A stretch of 64,000 bases of DNA from Octopus bimaculoides (lineage: Eukaryota). The position numbers and the translations under genes were made by a program. Where the stretch lies: NCBI RefSeq assembly GCF_001194135.2, contig NC_068987.1, forward strand, positions 51,727,336 to 51,791,335. The letters run 5' to 3'. Below, piece after piece: positions 22,990 through 36,363 of this stretch (its first letter is position 1; the number at the start of each line of letters is the position of its first letter). The notes beneath the pieces were generated by a model that did no database searches, was not told where the DNA came from, and was given only the letters and a program-made list of their open reading frames with translations.

Positions 22990-25690
22990 CCCGAGGCCAT
23001 TTTTCTTTAGACGTCTGGAAATCTTCCTAGGAACATTCTACTCTTTAGTTTTTGTACGACGTTGAAATGGTATAATGGACGCATGTAGGTTTGGCCCATA
23101 GAATGAGTTATAAAAACCTTCGAAGCATGCTCAGACGCTTCCAACTCTCTGACAGGTACCGAATGGATTTTCCGAATGTGCTAGTGTGAGCTTGGAAAGA
23201 CCACGAAGTGTCTTCGAGATCCTATTTAGAGTATTGTTTAGGTTGTCACAGATATATTAGGGGGATCACAATTCAAACAATTTTCTGATGTTGACAGTCG
23301 ACTTATAGACAGGGACCCGGATACTGGAAACCGAATTCATCTACCTCAGCGCTAAAAGACTACAGAGACCGGATAAGCGAGTTGCTTGAGAAATATCTGA
23401 CGAGTGCAATGGTTAATAATAGGTGGTGGGAAATCCGGTAGACGACAACTAAATATGAATCAATAGCTTTTAGTAAAGTGCAAGCGATAGAGAGAAATAG
23501 ATAAGAGGAAGAGCTAGTAAGTAAATTATCAGAGGCAATTAGAAGTGGCATAACGACCACAATGCTAGCGGTAAGGATAGCCCTCGATCATTTCTTCAAT
23601 GCGACACCCGAAGGTTGTGTCATCTGAGCTAGAGCTCGTGCACTAAAACGAAATGCAACGAAATCCGTCCGATGGGTTCAAGTAATACAGGTACGATCTG
23701 GAAACAAAACCATGATTCAGCGTTAACGAATTAGGATGAGCGTGTACTGCATGCTCGAAGCGGCGTTTCCAGCATCACTTTGTCAAAACTCTTCCGAGAG
23801 TTGGCGCTCATACGTAGGCTTTTCTCTGCGACAACCTCCACCTCATGCGTTACACTGTAGAGGGAGTAGATAGCAAATGTGTTAACGGTGGGACACTGAT
23901 CAATTTGGATCGACCATCGCTACTTCGCACCAGTCCTAACAGCAACTTGTTTTGACCCATTTCAGTAGCTGGATCGCAGCAATGCACACTGGCGCTTGCT
24001 CGCTTCATATCACGTGCTTGATCCGTCAAGATTGTCCGCTCTAATCTCTTCTCTATATTCTGACACTCGAGCCTTTGCTGTGAACGCTAAAACTTTTGAG
24101 CGGCATTTCATTCGAACAAGGATGAGGGAGAGCTGTACCAGTGTATGTGGGTGACATCACGCGTATGTTGGTAAACATCACGGAAGATCAGGTATTCAAT
24201 TCTAATTTAAAGGAATATGAGGAGATTGCGGAAACTAAGATAAATATGGACAACTCAGTAGGCATGTGTCTTGGCAACTGGAGAGACAAGATAATGCCAA
24301 TAATCAACATAGTAAATTGGCGGACCTGTGAAATTTATCGGTATCTGGGTTGGCCTGAAACTCGAGAAAGGCAAGAACTCGGATGAGTTTACAAACACGG
24401 TGACACATCCCACTTAAAAATAACCCAAAAGCAAACCATCCCTGAAAGGCCGAGCAGAAGTGGTGAATCGCACATCACACCTTTAATAACATAACGCTTG
24501 ACCATTGTTACTTGCCCCAGTCCATGTTTGACCGAACTGGAACGTTTACATTTCCGGTTCCGCTGGAAAGGACGCTTTCTACTTGTCAGGCAATCTACAT
24601 GTTTCCAGCGCCCTCTTGAATGCCGTCTTTATATGCCATGGTTGCTAATGCGCATACAGGAGCTGCGTCTGCGCCACTTAAATATCTTCTCGAACGGTGA
24701 ACCGGTGTGGTTCCCTTTAGTATGACACGCTTTGCTCAATTCACCGGAGCTGCAGTCACGGTGAAGAAAAGACCCCGATCAGATGCCTGGCGTCTAGAAT
24801 GTCAGTCACTTATTGTTCACTAATAGTCGGTGGACGTTCTACGGCAGCGATATAAGGAAATCTAGTGGTGGGTAAGATTGATACCATTCTCGGGGAAACT
24901 GTAGGCTTCGACAAGGATGAACTCACTGGGCTATTTCGGAGTATTTTCGGGCTCTGTATTACCATAGATAACTTCAAGAAATCTATGGCCTGGCAGTGCT
25001 ACCGAGACGTATTGCCTGTTCAAGATGATCTCTACAGGTACGAAAGCGCTGTTAGGCAGGACTATCCGAGATGCGCACAGAGGACAAAACCGATCTGGAA
25101 AGGCTCGTGAAGTCGCCCATTATTGCTGACTCGTGGAGTTATGTCGAACAAATGTTATCGTTTGTGGGGCGAATCCGACTATCGGTCGTATCCATCGTGT
25201 GTATCGCTATACCAGTCACGTTTATCAAAGCAGGGAAGGCAGTGTTCCTCTATCTAGTGGCTACAACGAAAGAGTTTTTGTGGCAACCGTGGCTGAAAGG
25301 CTTGAGTAAAGACTCCTTCCACCTCATTAAATTTTTAAAGTTCCACTTCGGAAGTAAAGTGAGGGTGGATAGGGAAGTGTTACCTGCGAGGGCATGTGTG
25401 CAAAGATGGGTGACGGTGGCAAAAATGATGAGAGTGAAATGTCCTTTTCTAAGTATGCATTTGAAAATTGGCGAGCTGGATTGTAGGCTCGTGCCTTTGT
25501 TGGTCAGAGTATTCCTGGATCTGTGGTGTTCTTTGATTGATCCTAGTTGGAGTTTCGCTTGAATCAGCAGGACTCCATCTTTCTTTTTATACTATGTTTA
25601 ATTTTATCACATTTCGCTATCGTTTCCTTTTCCTTTTCTTTCTCCTCATCCTTCATGTAAATCCACGCACAAGTTGTGAGTCCTTATGAT
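22990..25690 (+). mobile_element. L1/Tx1-clade LINE ORF2 remnant with internal deletions
   Basis: GPGYWKPNSS (23313, end of APE endonuclease), RWWEIR..ESIAFSK, IRQDCPL*SLLYILTLEPLL (24021, RT domain 4), YVGDIT (YADD equivalent), MPWLLMR..LRLRHL, DNFKKSMAWQCYRDVLPV, C-terminal FLKFH..KVRVDREVL. Confidence 0.9.
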
Positions 25691-28490
25691 GAGTTAATTC
25701 CTGATTTTATTTCCATCAAGGCTAGCGGAAATAATTTCTTTTGGACGCTAGCCACGTCGGAATAGCTTTGTTTTGTTGTTGGCATCGTTAAGTTTTCCGC
25801 TTGTTATTCTTTTATATTTGATGTTTGTTGTTGATGGTGGTGCTGTCGTTACTTTTTTCCTGGTGACGTTGTTTATGTTGTCTTCCACGTTGTTTTGTTT
25901 ACCGTATCCCCCTTTTTAATGATGATGATGATGATTGACAGACCATATATGTGGGTGTGTATGCTTATTTCAGCAACCAGATTGTTTTTGCAAGCTTAGT
26001 GGTTATTAGTTTAATAACTTTTGATGAAACTGTATTCTTTTGACCATTTTGATTATTGATATATAGATAGAACTGAATTTGCTGGGCTAAGAGAGGACTA
26101 TTTTATTTGCTATACATTTGTCCCTCCTACGTTGAGAGTTATTTATTATAGGCATCTTCTTATCAAACAGAGGACGCTATCGAAAAGTGTAGTATTGCAC
26201 ACAATTTTTCTTGGTTCGTTTCTCTAGCACTTTCCATTGTGGTTGTTATATTAATTGCAAAAAATATATTGACAAAACAAATTACATGTAAAATGGCAAA
26301 TATTCTCAGAGTGTTATATAGAATGATTTACGGCATCCCAAATCTTTGTGCTGTGTATTCTAACCAAGTTTAGAAATGTGTCTTACACTATTTTGGGGTC
26401 GATGAAACGAGCACCAATCCAGGGTGGTAGATCAGCGCAAGTGTAAAAACATCGGAGTGAATGTAGAGCAGTAATTGCTACGGTTTCATAGTCCGAACAC
26501 CATTATAACCATCGATGGTGGTATACTTAGCGTCTTTACTAGTTTACCAAATTCTTACACTTCGCGTGTCATTTTGCGGAGTGCACTCTGTTAAAGCTTT
26601 CATAGAAGCTTTACGGTACCTTTCATTCCCTCATAAGTATCGAAGCCTTAATGAGGGTGCTTGGGCGCTAACCTTCCATCCTGGATAAAACGGAATATAT
26701 TGCACATAGTAATATTCGCTGTACGGTAAGATAAAATTTGAAACGCTTTAACAAATATTAATTCACAATTATAAGTTTATATTTTCATAGTTCATGACTA
26801 TATATAAAGCCACATTGGGGTGGATGTTTTCAATGTTAATTAAAATTTGTAGGTCCTTTCTAACGACGCCTGATTACTTGGCGCTCTCCGTCATTCATTG
26901 TATTGATTACTCACCAATATTACGATAGAAAGTTGATATTATGCCAAGGGTTAACAGTTTCACCAACCATCTTCACAGTAACATTTGTATTTCTCAATTC
27001 CACATAAAGGGCAAAACTTGTGCGACTTCCCAGTCGTAAAACCACTAAATACAGTACTTTAGAATACATATATTTATTAGATTATTCTATTATCTTTCAT
27101 GAATTCATTTTTCCGTTTAAAGGACTCTATATTATGTGAGATAATGTTCAAGAATTGACCTGGTGTAGAGGGAAGTTTGGAATTTTAATCTAGATTCTCA
27201 CGCGAGTAAAACTGAATGATATCTCCCATGCTCATAAAAATTTTACTTGAACTCCGTGTGCTTGAACGCTATATTTGCTGCGAGGGTGGAAGATATCCTT
27301 GAAATTATGGTTACTTTGAAATGAAAAAATATAGTGCCGTATTTATCTTCTTTCAAACATTGCTCTATATGCCTTACTATTCCTCTGATTATAACCTGTA
27401 CCGCAGATGACGTAATGTTAAAAACTGAGGCGAGAAGTAGGAATGGAATGATACATTGTATTTAAATTATAAATGCATATATTATGAGGCATTAGAGATA
27501 AAATAACTTGAAAATAACATCGTTGATTTAATCAATATTTTGTCGATTCTCAATTCGAAATGTTTCTGACGTTATCATCATCAAATTAGAAACGAAACTG
27601 TTGAAAAGAAATAGGCTCACGAGAAATAGCGGACAATGACTTACATTTTAAGGAAATATCAGTTGGCTGTATATATGCAAGAATATGACAAAGAAACAAT
27701 GAAGAGAAGTCAGTGGGCTTCATGTCCTAATATCCACAGTGCATTTATTATAATCGTAGAAAGATAGGAAAGCACTAGAAGTGATGAGAAGATTATACAT
27801 ACAGACACCAAGGTCAATGTGGGAAACATGACAAATATGACAAACATTAGCTAAAAGAAAAGTAATTGAGAAGTTAAACAGTTTGTTTTTAATACAAATA
27901 GAAATCACAGCAAGAGAGGAACAATGTTATTTACTGAATAATAGTAGAAAGGGAAATCCTTTTTTTATGGCTGCGCAAGAATAAACGTGTAGAAAGTAAA
28001 TAAACAACAATCGTTGGATCAAAATTGTGAAAAGAAAAAAAAGAAAAAACGAAAACAAAGAGCTTGCTGCCCTCGTCGTCATATGTCTCATAAACTTAAC
28101 AGACGCTTAAGTTGTTTAGCGTGTGACTGATATAAAATGATAGAAAGACACCATATAAAAGAAGACATACAATCGTAGAAAAACATTACTCTGGTGGTTA
28201 GTAGGAAAATTGGATTCCAAGTACATGAACAATTGTGCCATAATAAGCGAGAGGTTATAGCTTCTGAATAGAACAGCATCACATGGGATTTGCCCCAATA
28301 AACCAACAATGAAAACAGGAAGCAAAACGAGAAAGAGACAAACAATATTCGTCAAGTATTATCATATGCAGGGCATGAAGAATGCTTGAGGACAGTTAAT
28401 TATCAGAATACTACTCTATCTCCTCAAACAAATTAAACGATGTTTATTACTCTAAGAATTCCCATAACACATGAAATGGTAATAGATGAA

Positions 28491-29496
28491 ATGAAAAGAT
28501 ATGCATTTGTTGTTACTATCTGTGTGCAACACAGTGATTTAGAAATTGTCAACATTTTAAACCGTGCGGGAGCTTTAGTACACAATGTTCGGATGAGTTT
28601 CTAAACCGCTAGCGGGAATGTTTCTTCTCTATCAATGAGAAAGAATATTCTAAACTTTCGGACGTTCTACGGACACCGCAATTCAGCGCACAGCTTCAAA
28701 TCATTATCGATGACGACACCGAAAAATGATTAGATGAGACATCACCAATGAATGTCAGCAGTTGGAATGTACTGTAAAATCTATGTTGCACGAGCCCATT
28801 CGACAGAAGCCGCATGTACTGATGAGATGTAAGTATATTTATGTCTCCAAAAGCACAAGAAAACTGTTTGGCTGATACCAAGAGGATACTTGTCAGGGCT
28901 AAAAACTTTCATGACAAGGCATGCATTTGTTCTTCTCTGACAAGAAAGATTCGACCAAGACCACGAGTTTAAAAGAGTAAACGAGAAATTGTTACGTGCA
29001 GGTGCTTCCGCAGCTGTGATGGTTTTAGGTGTAGTGTGTACCAAATGTCATATCATGCTCCTGGCATCTTTCTTAGGGATGTTCGAATTTATGCTGCTAG
29101 TATTGGGAACAGTTGTTAAACACGGACAGATGAAGTATGCAGTGGAGCTATAAGTCTTTCAGTAAGACTCAGCACCTTTTAGAAAGTCCCGACTAACTAA
29201 AGAATGGGTCTCAAACAATCTTTACTTTCATGTGACGCAAAACCTGTTGTGTCCAAACTCGTCAGATTTATATCCAATATATTGTTACTATTGAAGCAAT
29301 GGATTGCTACATTTGGAGCAATGACATATATCATAGCTCCTCACAATGTCATAGCTTCTCACAATGCCACAACTTCTCTGAAGACCCACATTATCTGGTA
29401 TGCGAAATAAATAAGGACCATTTAGTACAGATATGTCAACGATTCTTTTGCAGAAGTATCACAGTCATCGGTGCTGAAGGTGGATTCGTAGAATAA
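28491..29496 (+). mobile_element. Degenerate full-length maT (DD37D) transposase ORF
   Basis: MKRYAFVVTICVQHSDLEIVNIL.., FFSDKK (D1), AVMVLGVV, QDSAP (D2), CPNSSDLYPIY with the third catalytic position 37 residues after D2 (D>Y), ending GAEGGFVE*; TIRs not resolved. Confidence 0.9.
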
Positions 29497-29904
29497 TGCT
29501 ATAAGAAGTCTTATTTATATCATGCGAACGAATTCTTCTAAAAAATACATCTAGGTTGTGCCTGATGAGAGTTGCTTTATTATATTTCGTTAAAAACCTC
29601 TCGCAATCTGAAGTTTTCTGTATTATAAGGATACAGGTGCGAAAATAGAATCACGTCATGTTTTTCAGAAATAATTGCTTACAAAGTAGTTCGGAATCTA
29701 GAATATCGAATGCAAGTATCGATATTAATACGACTCACCGCATAGCAGCTAGTACTATGAAACAAATGTCAATAACAAAATGGCACCAAAATGGAAGTAT
29801 GTTCATTAGACCTGCAAGTCATCTCAGAACTCTCACCCGAAGAAAGAAGTACAGAAAACTGAAAATAATACAAACCATTTATATTAATTGTATTCGTTCA
29901 GAAG

Positions 29905-29965
29905 TCAGCGAAATTGCAGAATCATTAGCACGCCGGGCAAAATACTTAACAGTATTTCGTCCCTC
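29905..29965 (+). mobile_element. SINE family 3 5' head fragment
   Basis: GCAGAATCATTAGCACGCCGGGCAAAATACTTAACAGTATTTCGTCC is the reverse-complement homologue of 62125-62180. Confidence 0.6.
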
Positions 29966-30034
29966 GAGGAAAGTTGTCACCGAACCTCGAGATAAAATAC
30001 CTGCTGAATATATAATAGCATGCAGTTTCGAATC

Positions 30035-30100
<66 letters not shown>
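30035..30100. repeat. (AAT)22 at 5' junction of Dong LINE
   Basis: Direct reading. Confidence 0.95.
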
Positions 30101-30103
<3 letters not shown>

Positions 30104-31897
30104 CTACAGACAGTACACGGCTTTACCAAGGAAATAGATATGAAATTCGGATTACAAAAATGTGCCAAAGCAACCCTGAAAAGAGGAAAATTAGTTAAAN
30201 NNNNNNNNNNNNNNNNNNNNNNNNNNNNNNNNNNNNNNNNNNNNNNNNNNNNNNNNNNNNNNNNNNNNNNNNNNNNNNNNNNNNNNNNNNNNNNNNNNNN
30301 NNNNNNNNNNNNNNNNNNNNNNNNNNNNNNNNNNNNNNNNNNNNNNNNNNNNNNNNNNNNNNNNNNNNNNNNNNNNNNNNNNNNNNNNNNNNNNNNNNNN
30401 NNNNNNNNNNNNNNNNNNNNNNNNNNNNNNNNNNNNNNNNNNNNNNNNNNNNNNNNNNNNNNNNNNNNNNNNNNNNNNNNNNNNNNNNNNNNNNNNNNNN
30501 NNNNNNNNNNNNNNNNNNNNNNNNNNNNNNNNNNNNNNNNNNNNNNNNNNNNNNNNNNNNNNNNNNNNNNNNNNNNNNNNNNNNNNNNNNNNNNNNNNNN
30601 NNNNNNNNNNNNNNNNNNNNNNNNNNNNNNNNNNNNNNNNNNNNNNNNNNNNNNNNNNNNNNNNNNNNNNNNNNNNNNNNNNNNNNNNNNNNNNNNNNNN
30701 NNNNNNNNNNNNNNNNNNNNNNNNNNNNNNNNNNNNNNNNNNNNNNNNNNNNNNNNNNNNNNNNNNNNNNNNNNNNNNNNNNNNNNNNNNNNNNNNNNNN
30801 NNNNNNNNNNNNNNNNNNNNNNNNNNNNNNNNNNNNNNTATAAAACAAATGAAATCCAAACTAAAACTAGAACAGCAACGGACCATGATAAAACGATGGC
30901 AAGAAAAGCCTCTACATGGTAAATACTGGGCTACACTAAATGCGAAAGAAATAGACTGAGAAAAATCCCAGCAATGGCTGAGAAGACCAGGACTCAAAGC
31001 AGAGACTGAAAGATTTTTAATTACTGCACAAGACCAAAGCCTCCCCACCAGAAATGACCAAACACACATAATTAAAAGAAATATAACAAGTAGCTGTAGA
31101 ATATGTGGAGATGGACAAGAAACAATAAATCATATTATCTCTGGCTGCCCAGTCCTGGCTAAGAAGGAATATATTCACAGACACGACAGAGCTGGAACCT
31201 ATATACACTGGAAGCTATGCCAACACTATGGAATAACAACAGAAAAAAGATGGTATAAACACATGCCAGAAAAGGTCACAGACAACGAGAAAGCAACCAT
31301 ACTCTGGGATATGCCAATACACACAGATAGAGAAATTAAGGCAAATAGACCAGATATAGTTGTCAAAGATCATGAAGAAAAAAAATGCTTTNNNNNNNNN
31401 NNNNNNNNNNNNNNNNNNNNNNNNNNNNNNNNNNNNNNNNNNNNNNNNNNNNNNNNNNNNNNNNNNNNNNNNNNNNNNNNNNNNNNNNNNNNNNNNNNNN
31501 NNNNNNNNNNNNNNNNNNNNNNNNNNNNNNNNNNNNNNNNNNNNNNNNNNNNNNNNNNNNNNNNNNNNNNNNNNNNNNNNNNNNNNNNNNNNNNNNNNNN
31601 NNNNNNNNNNNNNNNNNNNNNNNNNNNNNNNNNNNNNNNNNNNNNNNNNNNNNNNNNNNNNNNNNNNNNNNATAACAAAAAAATATTCAGACAAATACAT
31701 AACAAAGACACCAGGACTTACAAATATATATAACATACAGAAAATTTAACTACTGGGTACTGCACACATTCTACGCAAAACACTTTCAATACAGTAAACA
31801 TAAGAGCACCACAGCAAACCACAGCACATACCCAAGGTGCACAGAGCTGCGCTCGGTAGTGAAGTGAAAGCACGTTATAAAAATAAAACTACTGAAC
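30101..31897 (+). mobile_element. 5'-truncated Dong/R4-clade LINE (family A), two internal N gaps
   Basis: KLQTVHGFTKEIDMKFGLQKCAK (RT), WLRRPGLKAETE..LITAQDQSL, CRICG..ETINHIISGCPVL (CCHC), ILWDMPIHTDREIKANRPDIVV (RLE), conserved 3' UTR then (AAT)n at 31898. Confidence 0.92.
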
Positions 31898-31939
<42 letters not shown>

Positions 31940-31969
31940 TACAACAACAACAACAACAACAACTATCCA

Positions 31970-32385
31970 ATGGGATTATGTAATGCATTCATGAAAATAA
32001 ATGCTAACAGAACAGACATCATCATTAGATAGAAAGATCCCTAAAGAAGATGGCTGTTAAGTGAAATGACAGAGCCTACTGATAGAAACATTTCAGCAAA
32101 GGAATTTAAAGACCTGTCGAAATATAAGGACCTTGAGATTGCGATATCAAGGATGTAGCAATTAAAAACCAGAACCATCTCTGTTGTTAGTGCTATGGCA
32201 ATGATAAAGAAAAGCACTGACAAATGTTTTGACCAGATCTCTGGGAAACCAACATTCTATAAGACTCAAAACATTATGTTGACATCAGACACTCATATTC
32301 TCAGGAAGTTCCTCTCCACGTGTCTTAGGTCTCCAGTCGAGAGCCGGTCGGAAGATGAGATAAAATAAAAATTCAAATGGAAAAT
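31970..32385 (+). mobile_element. Second, divergent R4/Dong-type RLE fragment stacked on the tail of the previous copy
   Basis: INANRTDIIIR..EPTDRNISAKEFKDLSKYKDLEIAISRM*QLKTRTISVVSAMAMIKK..THILRKFLS; starts right after (AAT)n(ACA)n 31898-31963. Confidence 0.75.
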
Positions 32386-32712
32386 GATAACAATAATAAG
32401 AATGAAAATAAAAATAACAAAGAAGAAGAATGAGAAGAATGAGTATGAAAATGAGAGTGGTGAGTTGTGTTTTCTACCACACTTCCTCCGATTTCTATAT
32501 CACTTTCTCGCTTATAACTGTTATATCTTACGCCTATATCTATATAGCCCTTTCATGAGAGATAAAAAAAAAAACAGCGTGAGATATCGAGCTATACACT
32601 GCAATAATGAGAACGACATATAGAAACACACACAAACACACACACACACACACATATACACGAGTAAGCACATAAATGTAAACGATGGAAGAAAATAGTA
32701 CTCGAATACCGG

Positions 32713-32758
32713 ATACAGAGAGAGAGAGAAGGGGGCAGAGGGGGAGAGAGAATGAGAG

Positions 32759-32850
<92 letters not shown>
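32713..32850. repeat. (GA)n microsatellite
   Basis: Direct reading. Confidence 0.95.
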
Positions 32851-32855
<5 letters not shown>

Positions 32856-34329
32856 AATACACAACGATAAAGAGGTCGATAAATAATGATACAGAAAAGT
32901 AAAGGAAAATATATTGAGAGCAAGACACAGAAAGAGAACGCTATGTAAAATGCTATATAGAAATACACAGATTTATAGCAATGCGAAATGATAGAGAAAG
33001 AAAGGAAGTAAGAAATGCACTGGTGATTACATCATGCGTTTATTGCTTGCTATTTTAATTAGCTAATCAGATTGATCACAATTGACTAGGTGACTAGGAA
33101 CTGGTCTGAATCTATTTACAAAGATAGAACTGATTAATTTTAAATACGATCCTTTCCATCTCATCAAATGTCACCTGTCTGTTATATAACCGTGCGCCAA
33201 TATCGATTACACACATTTAAGCATTACTATTATCATTTCTGCGTCTTACCTTAACTACACAACACGCTCCGTTTTCCGAGTTGATGTTTCATTGATTCAT
33301 TGATAGACAGAAATAAAGATAAATTTGATCAACGTTGAATTTATTTTCAGGCATTAATTTTGCTTTTCACCTTAATTCGTCATTAACATATTGCTTTTAC
33401 TCCCAACCCAAATTCACATAGATAACACACACACACTCTGTCTGTCTGTCTGTCTGTCAGTCTGTCTCTTTCTCTCTGTAGCTGTCTGTCTCTGTCTCCC
33501 TCCCTCTCTGTCTGTCTGTCTGTCTGCCTGTCTGTGTCTTTCCCCCCCACACGCAATCTATCTCTGTATTTTTCTCGCCCTCATTTAGTCGTATTATTCC
33601 ATTCACATGTTTATTACTCCATTTCCTAGATTCTCATTGCATCTCCCGTGATTTAATGCTTTCCTTATCAAAAAGAAATACAAAATAAACATAGACACAA
33701 TAACAAAAATAAACACCATATACAAAACCGAAAACATGATATTGAATTAATTCGGAAAAATAATTAGAGACAAAACGGAAGAAAAGCAAGAGCATTAAAT
33801 ATTTTTGTTGATTTATGCATACTTGTCTGTTTGGACGTATATATTTATGTACGTATGCGCATGCAAGATTTTCTGTATCTAAGAAATTTTTTAAAAAGGA
33901 GAGAAACGTCAAAAATTTAACATTTACATACGTACATACATACATACATACATTAAATGTGAGAACTTGTTCACATAATAAGAACTAAACCTCCTGATCT
34001 ATTTTCTATTTTATATGTACTTCGTGACCTATACATACATAAAGTTCGTGAGATCATGAAATTTGGTCTACAGCAAATGTCCTGCTCATAGTTTTCCGTT
34101 TGAATATACAATTAGAAGGATGAAATTCTAACTAAATGTAATTATTCATGCAGTATAAATTTAAATCGAATTATATAAATAATTACATATGGCTGTGCGT
34201 ATATGCATGGACATTTATGTCATATTATGTATGGTTGAGTACTTATGTGCCTCAATACGTATTGTATACAAGAATCTTAAATCTATGTTAATGGGAAAGA
34301 TGTATTGTTCGTCTTGTTTGAGCCAAATA

Positions 34330-34530
34330 AACACACGCACCTTTATTACTGTTCTTATTTTATTATTTTATCTCATGTCCATCGTCCGCAAATCTTTCGT
34401 CACACACCTGTGACCTCTTCAGCGACACTTTTTGTTTTCGGGTGTGTTCTTGCTCTACTTACTCCATTCTGTTCTTCTAAGATGTATATCCGTGTGTGCC
34501 TGTGCGTTTGTGTCCTTGTTTGTGTGTGCG
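34330..34530 (-). mobile_element. Dispersed repeat with hammerhead-like core (probable PLE terminal repeat)
   Basis: Reverse complement aligns over about 190 nt with 54500-54700 (CATCTTAGAAGAACAGAATGGAGTAA..AAAAGTGTCG..); core CTGAAGA-G-GTCAC-AGGTGT-GTGAC-GAAA at 34395-34422. Confidence 0.6.
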
Positions 34531-35184
34531 CGTCTGTGCGTGTGCGTTTATGTGTGTGTTTATGTTTGTGTATGTGTGTTCATGTTTGTGTGTGCGTGCG
34601 TTTATGCTTGTGTGTGTGTGTCATAATTCTTAGAAGCATTGTGACATTCCCCTCAGCCCCATCCTCTCACCCCATTGTGCTGCTGTTCCTCTATTTCTCT
34701 CTGAATGCGTGTTCGCCTACGGTGTTGCTATTGTAGTACTAGTTGTGGTTGTTATTGACATCGTTGGCACAGCCGCTGCTACTGACCGCGTTATTTGTGT
34801 TGTTGGCATTGTTATGGCTGTCCATAAAGTATCGTGAGTGTGTTTGTGTGTGTGTGTATGGGTTCACTTCGTTTGTATCCTTGCCCTTTATATAGTTTTA
34901 TAAATATATTTTATCTATTTCTGTCTTACATTTATCACAGGTGTGTGGCAGATATTTGTTTACATTTATTTATGTATCTATCTATATATATATTTATTTA
35001 TTTACTTATTTTTGATATAAATTTATCTCTGTTTCTCACAAGTATCACACGTAAGTGCATATATGTCTATTGTGTATATTTCTGTGTACTGTTTACAGTT
35101 TTTTCCCTTTCGTTCTCTATTCTCATCCTTTCTGTCATTAGATATGTGATGTAGTGTGCTGGTTAGTGTTACTATTCCATTCGT

Positions 35185-35440
35185 GTCTTCTATTGAGGTT
35201 CAATCTGTCTACTGTTATGTGGGTTGCCTCAGTAAGCTGTCTAAGTGTCGTGTCAGTTTTATGTGTCGATAGTATTTTAACTTATATGCTATTAATCGAG
35301 CCTCCATGTTTAACGTCTGCCGGTTGGTAGAGCACTGACAGACTTTTCCCTTTTTTGAACTCTCGCCAATGTCAACTATATGCTCTCCTATGCTGCGTGT
35401 TGTCTCTCCAATTATGTAGTTGCGATGCTTCTGCACTGTC
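35185..35440 (-). mobile_element. Penelope-like GIY-YIG endonuclease remnant
   Basis: IIGETTRSIGEH (YIGET.R.L..R..EH) and RQLTEATHITVDRLNLNR (RKL.EA..I....LNRD). Confidence 0.6.
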
Positions 35441-35554
35441 ACTCACTGCATCGTAAGCTATACACTACATTCCTAAACTTACAGTTAACCTGTGGTTTCA
35501 TCCTACATACAACGTAATTGTACTCCGAACAGGGTCACTTATCAAAAGGACATG

Positions 35555-36281
35555 TATTGCAGTCCTTGTGGAAAGAAGTAAGGAAGCATCACATGTTCTC
35601 ATTGCTATCAACCCCTAAAGCCATGACAGCTGCAGGACATTTTGTATGCATAACACTTGGAACTTCAGAAGGGTCTGCACATAACCATCGCTCATTTATT
35701 CTGTTAACGTTTTGACCTTGGCCGAAGTTTTTCTCGTTTGAGGAAAACCAAATCACATCTGCTAGATTTTTCATTTTGTTTCAGAGCCTTTTCGTATGAT
35801 GCAGTGATTCTCTTTTACTTTTTCGGACAAATTAACCTTTCCTCATCAAAGACTTATTATCTGATGTTTTCGTGGACAACATTTCTGACTGTTCCTTGTG
35901 ACATATTGAGATCTTTTGCAATTGACCTGATGGACTTTCTAGGATTGTAATCAATGGTCTGTTGAACTTGCTGGATACATTCAGGTGTTCTGATGATTTC
36001 AGAGCGTTTAGGATGCTTTTTATGCTTTGATACTAGTGATAGTTTTCCATCTTCAGTCTCTAGCTTCTTACAAACTTTGTAGATGAAAGATCGGGCAACT
36101 TTTAAAAATCGAGATATTTCTAAGCGCAGTCTTTATAACCACAATGACAGCATTCCCCTTCAGTTCTTGAGGAAACTGAGGGTCGGCTATTATTATTTTT
36201 TGAAACAAAGATTATGTAGAATTATCAAAAAATGCAGCAATGCCCCCCAAAAGGTATTCCTGAAATACCCTACGCACCCTG
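35555..36281 (-). mobile_element. 5' half of a maT (DD37D-type) element
   Basis: TIR-like CAGGGTGCGTAGGG with TA at 36282-83; FLKVARSFIYKV..IIRTPECIQQVQ..WFSSNEKNFGQGQNVNRINERWLCADPSEVPSVMHTKCPAAVMALGV..YFFPQGL, homologous to 28491-29100. Confidence 0.85.
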
Positions 36282-36363
36282 TATATATGTTTACATAGGA
36301 GAGTTAGTTTCAAGGGCTGAAAACGTGTAGTACTTTTAAAATTATTTTAAAGATTTATTAAAA

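Noticed and set aside
27640-28345. Minus-strand ORFs (28088-28345, 27720-27908) resembling signal peptide plus Cys domain
   Set aside because: Hydrophobicity follows from the T-rich strand; the A-rich plus strand has faint LINE endonuclease-like words (IIHTDTKVNVG), so an ancient LINE is at least as likely; neither reading is supportable.
35529-35560. CAGGGTCAC.. as the left TIR of the 35555-36281 maT element
   Set aside because: Only 6 nt match the right TIR and no TA target site is present.
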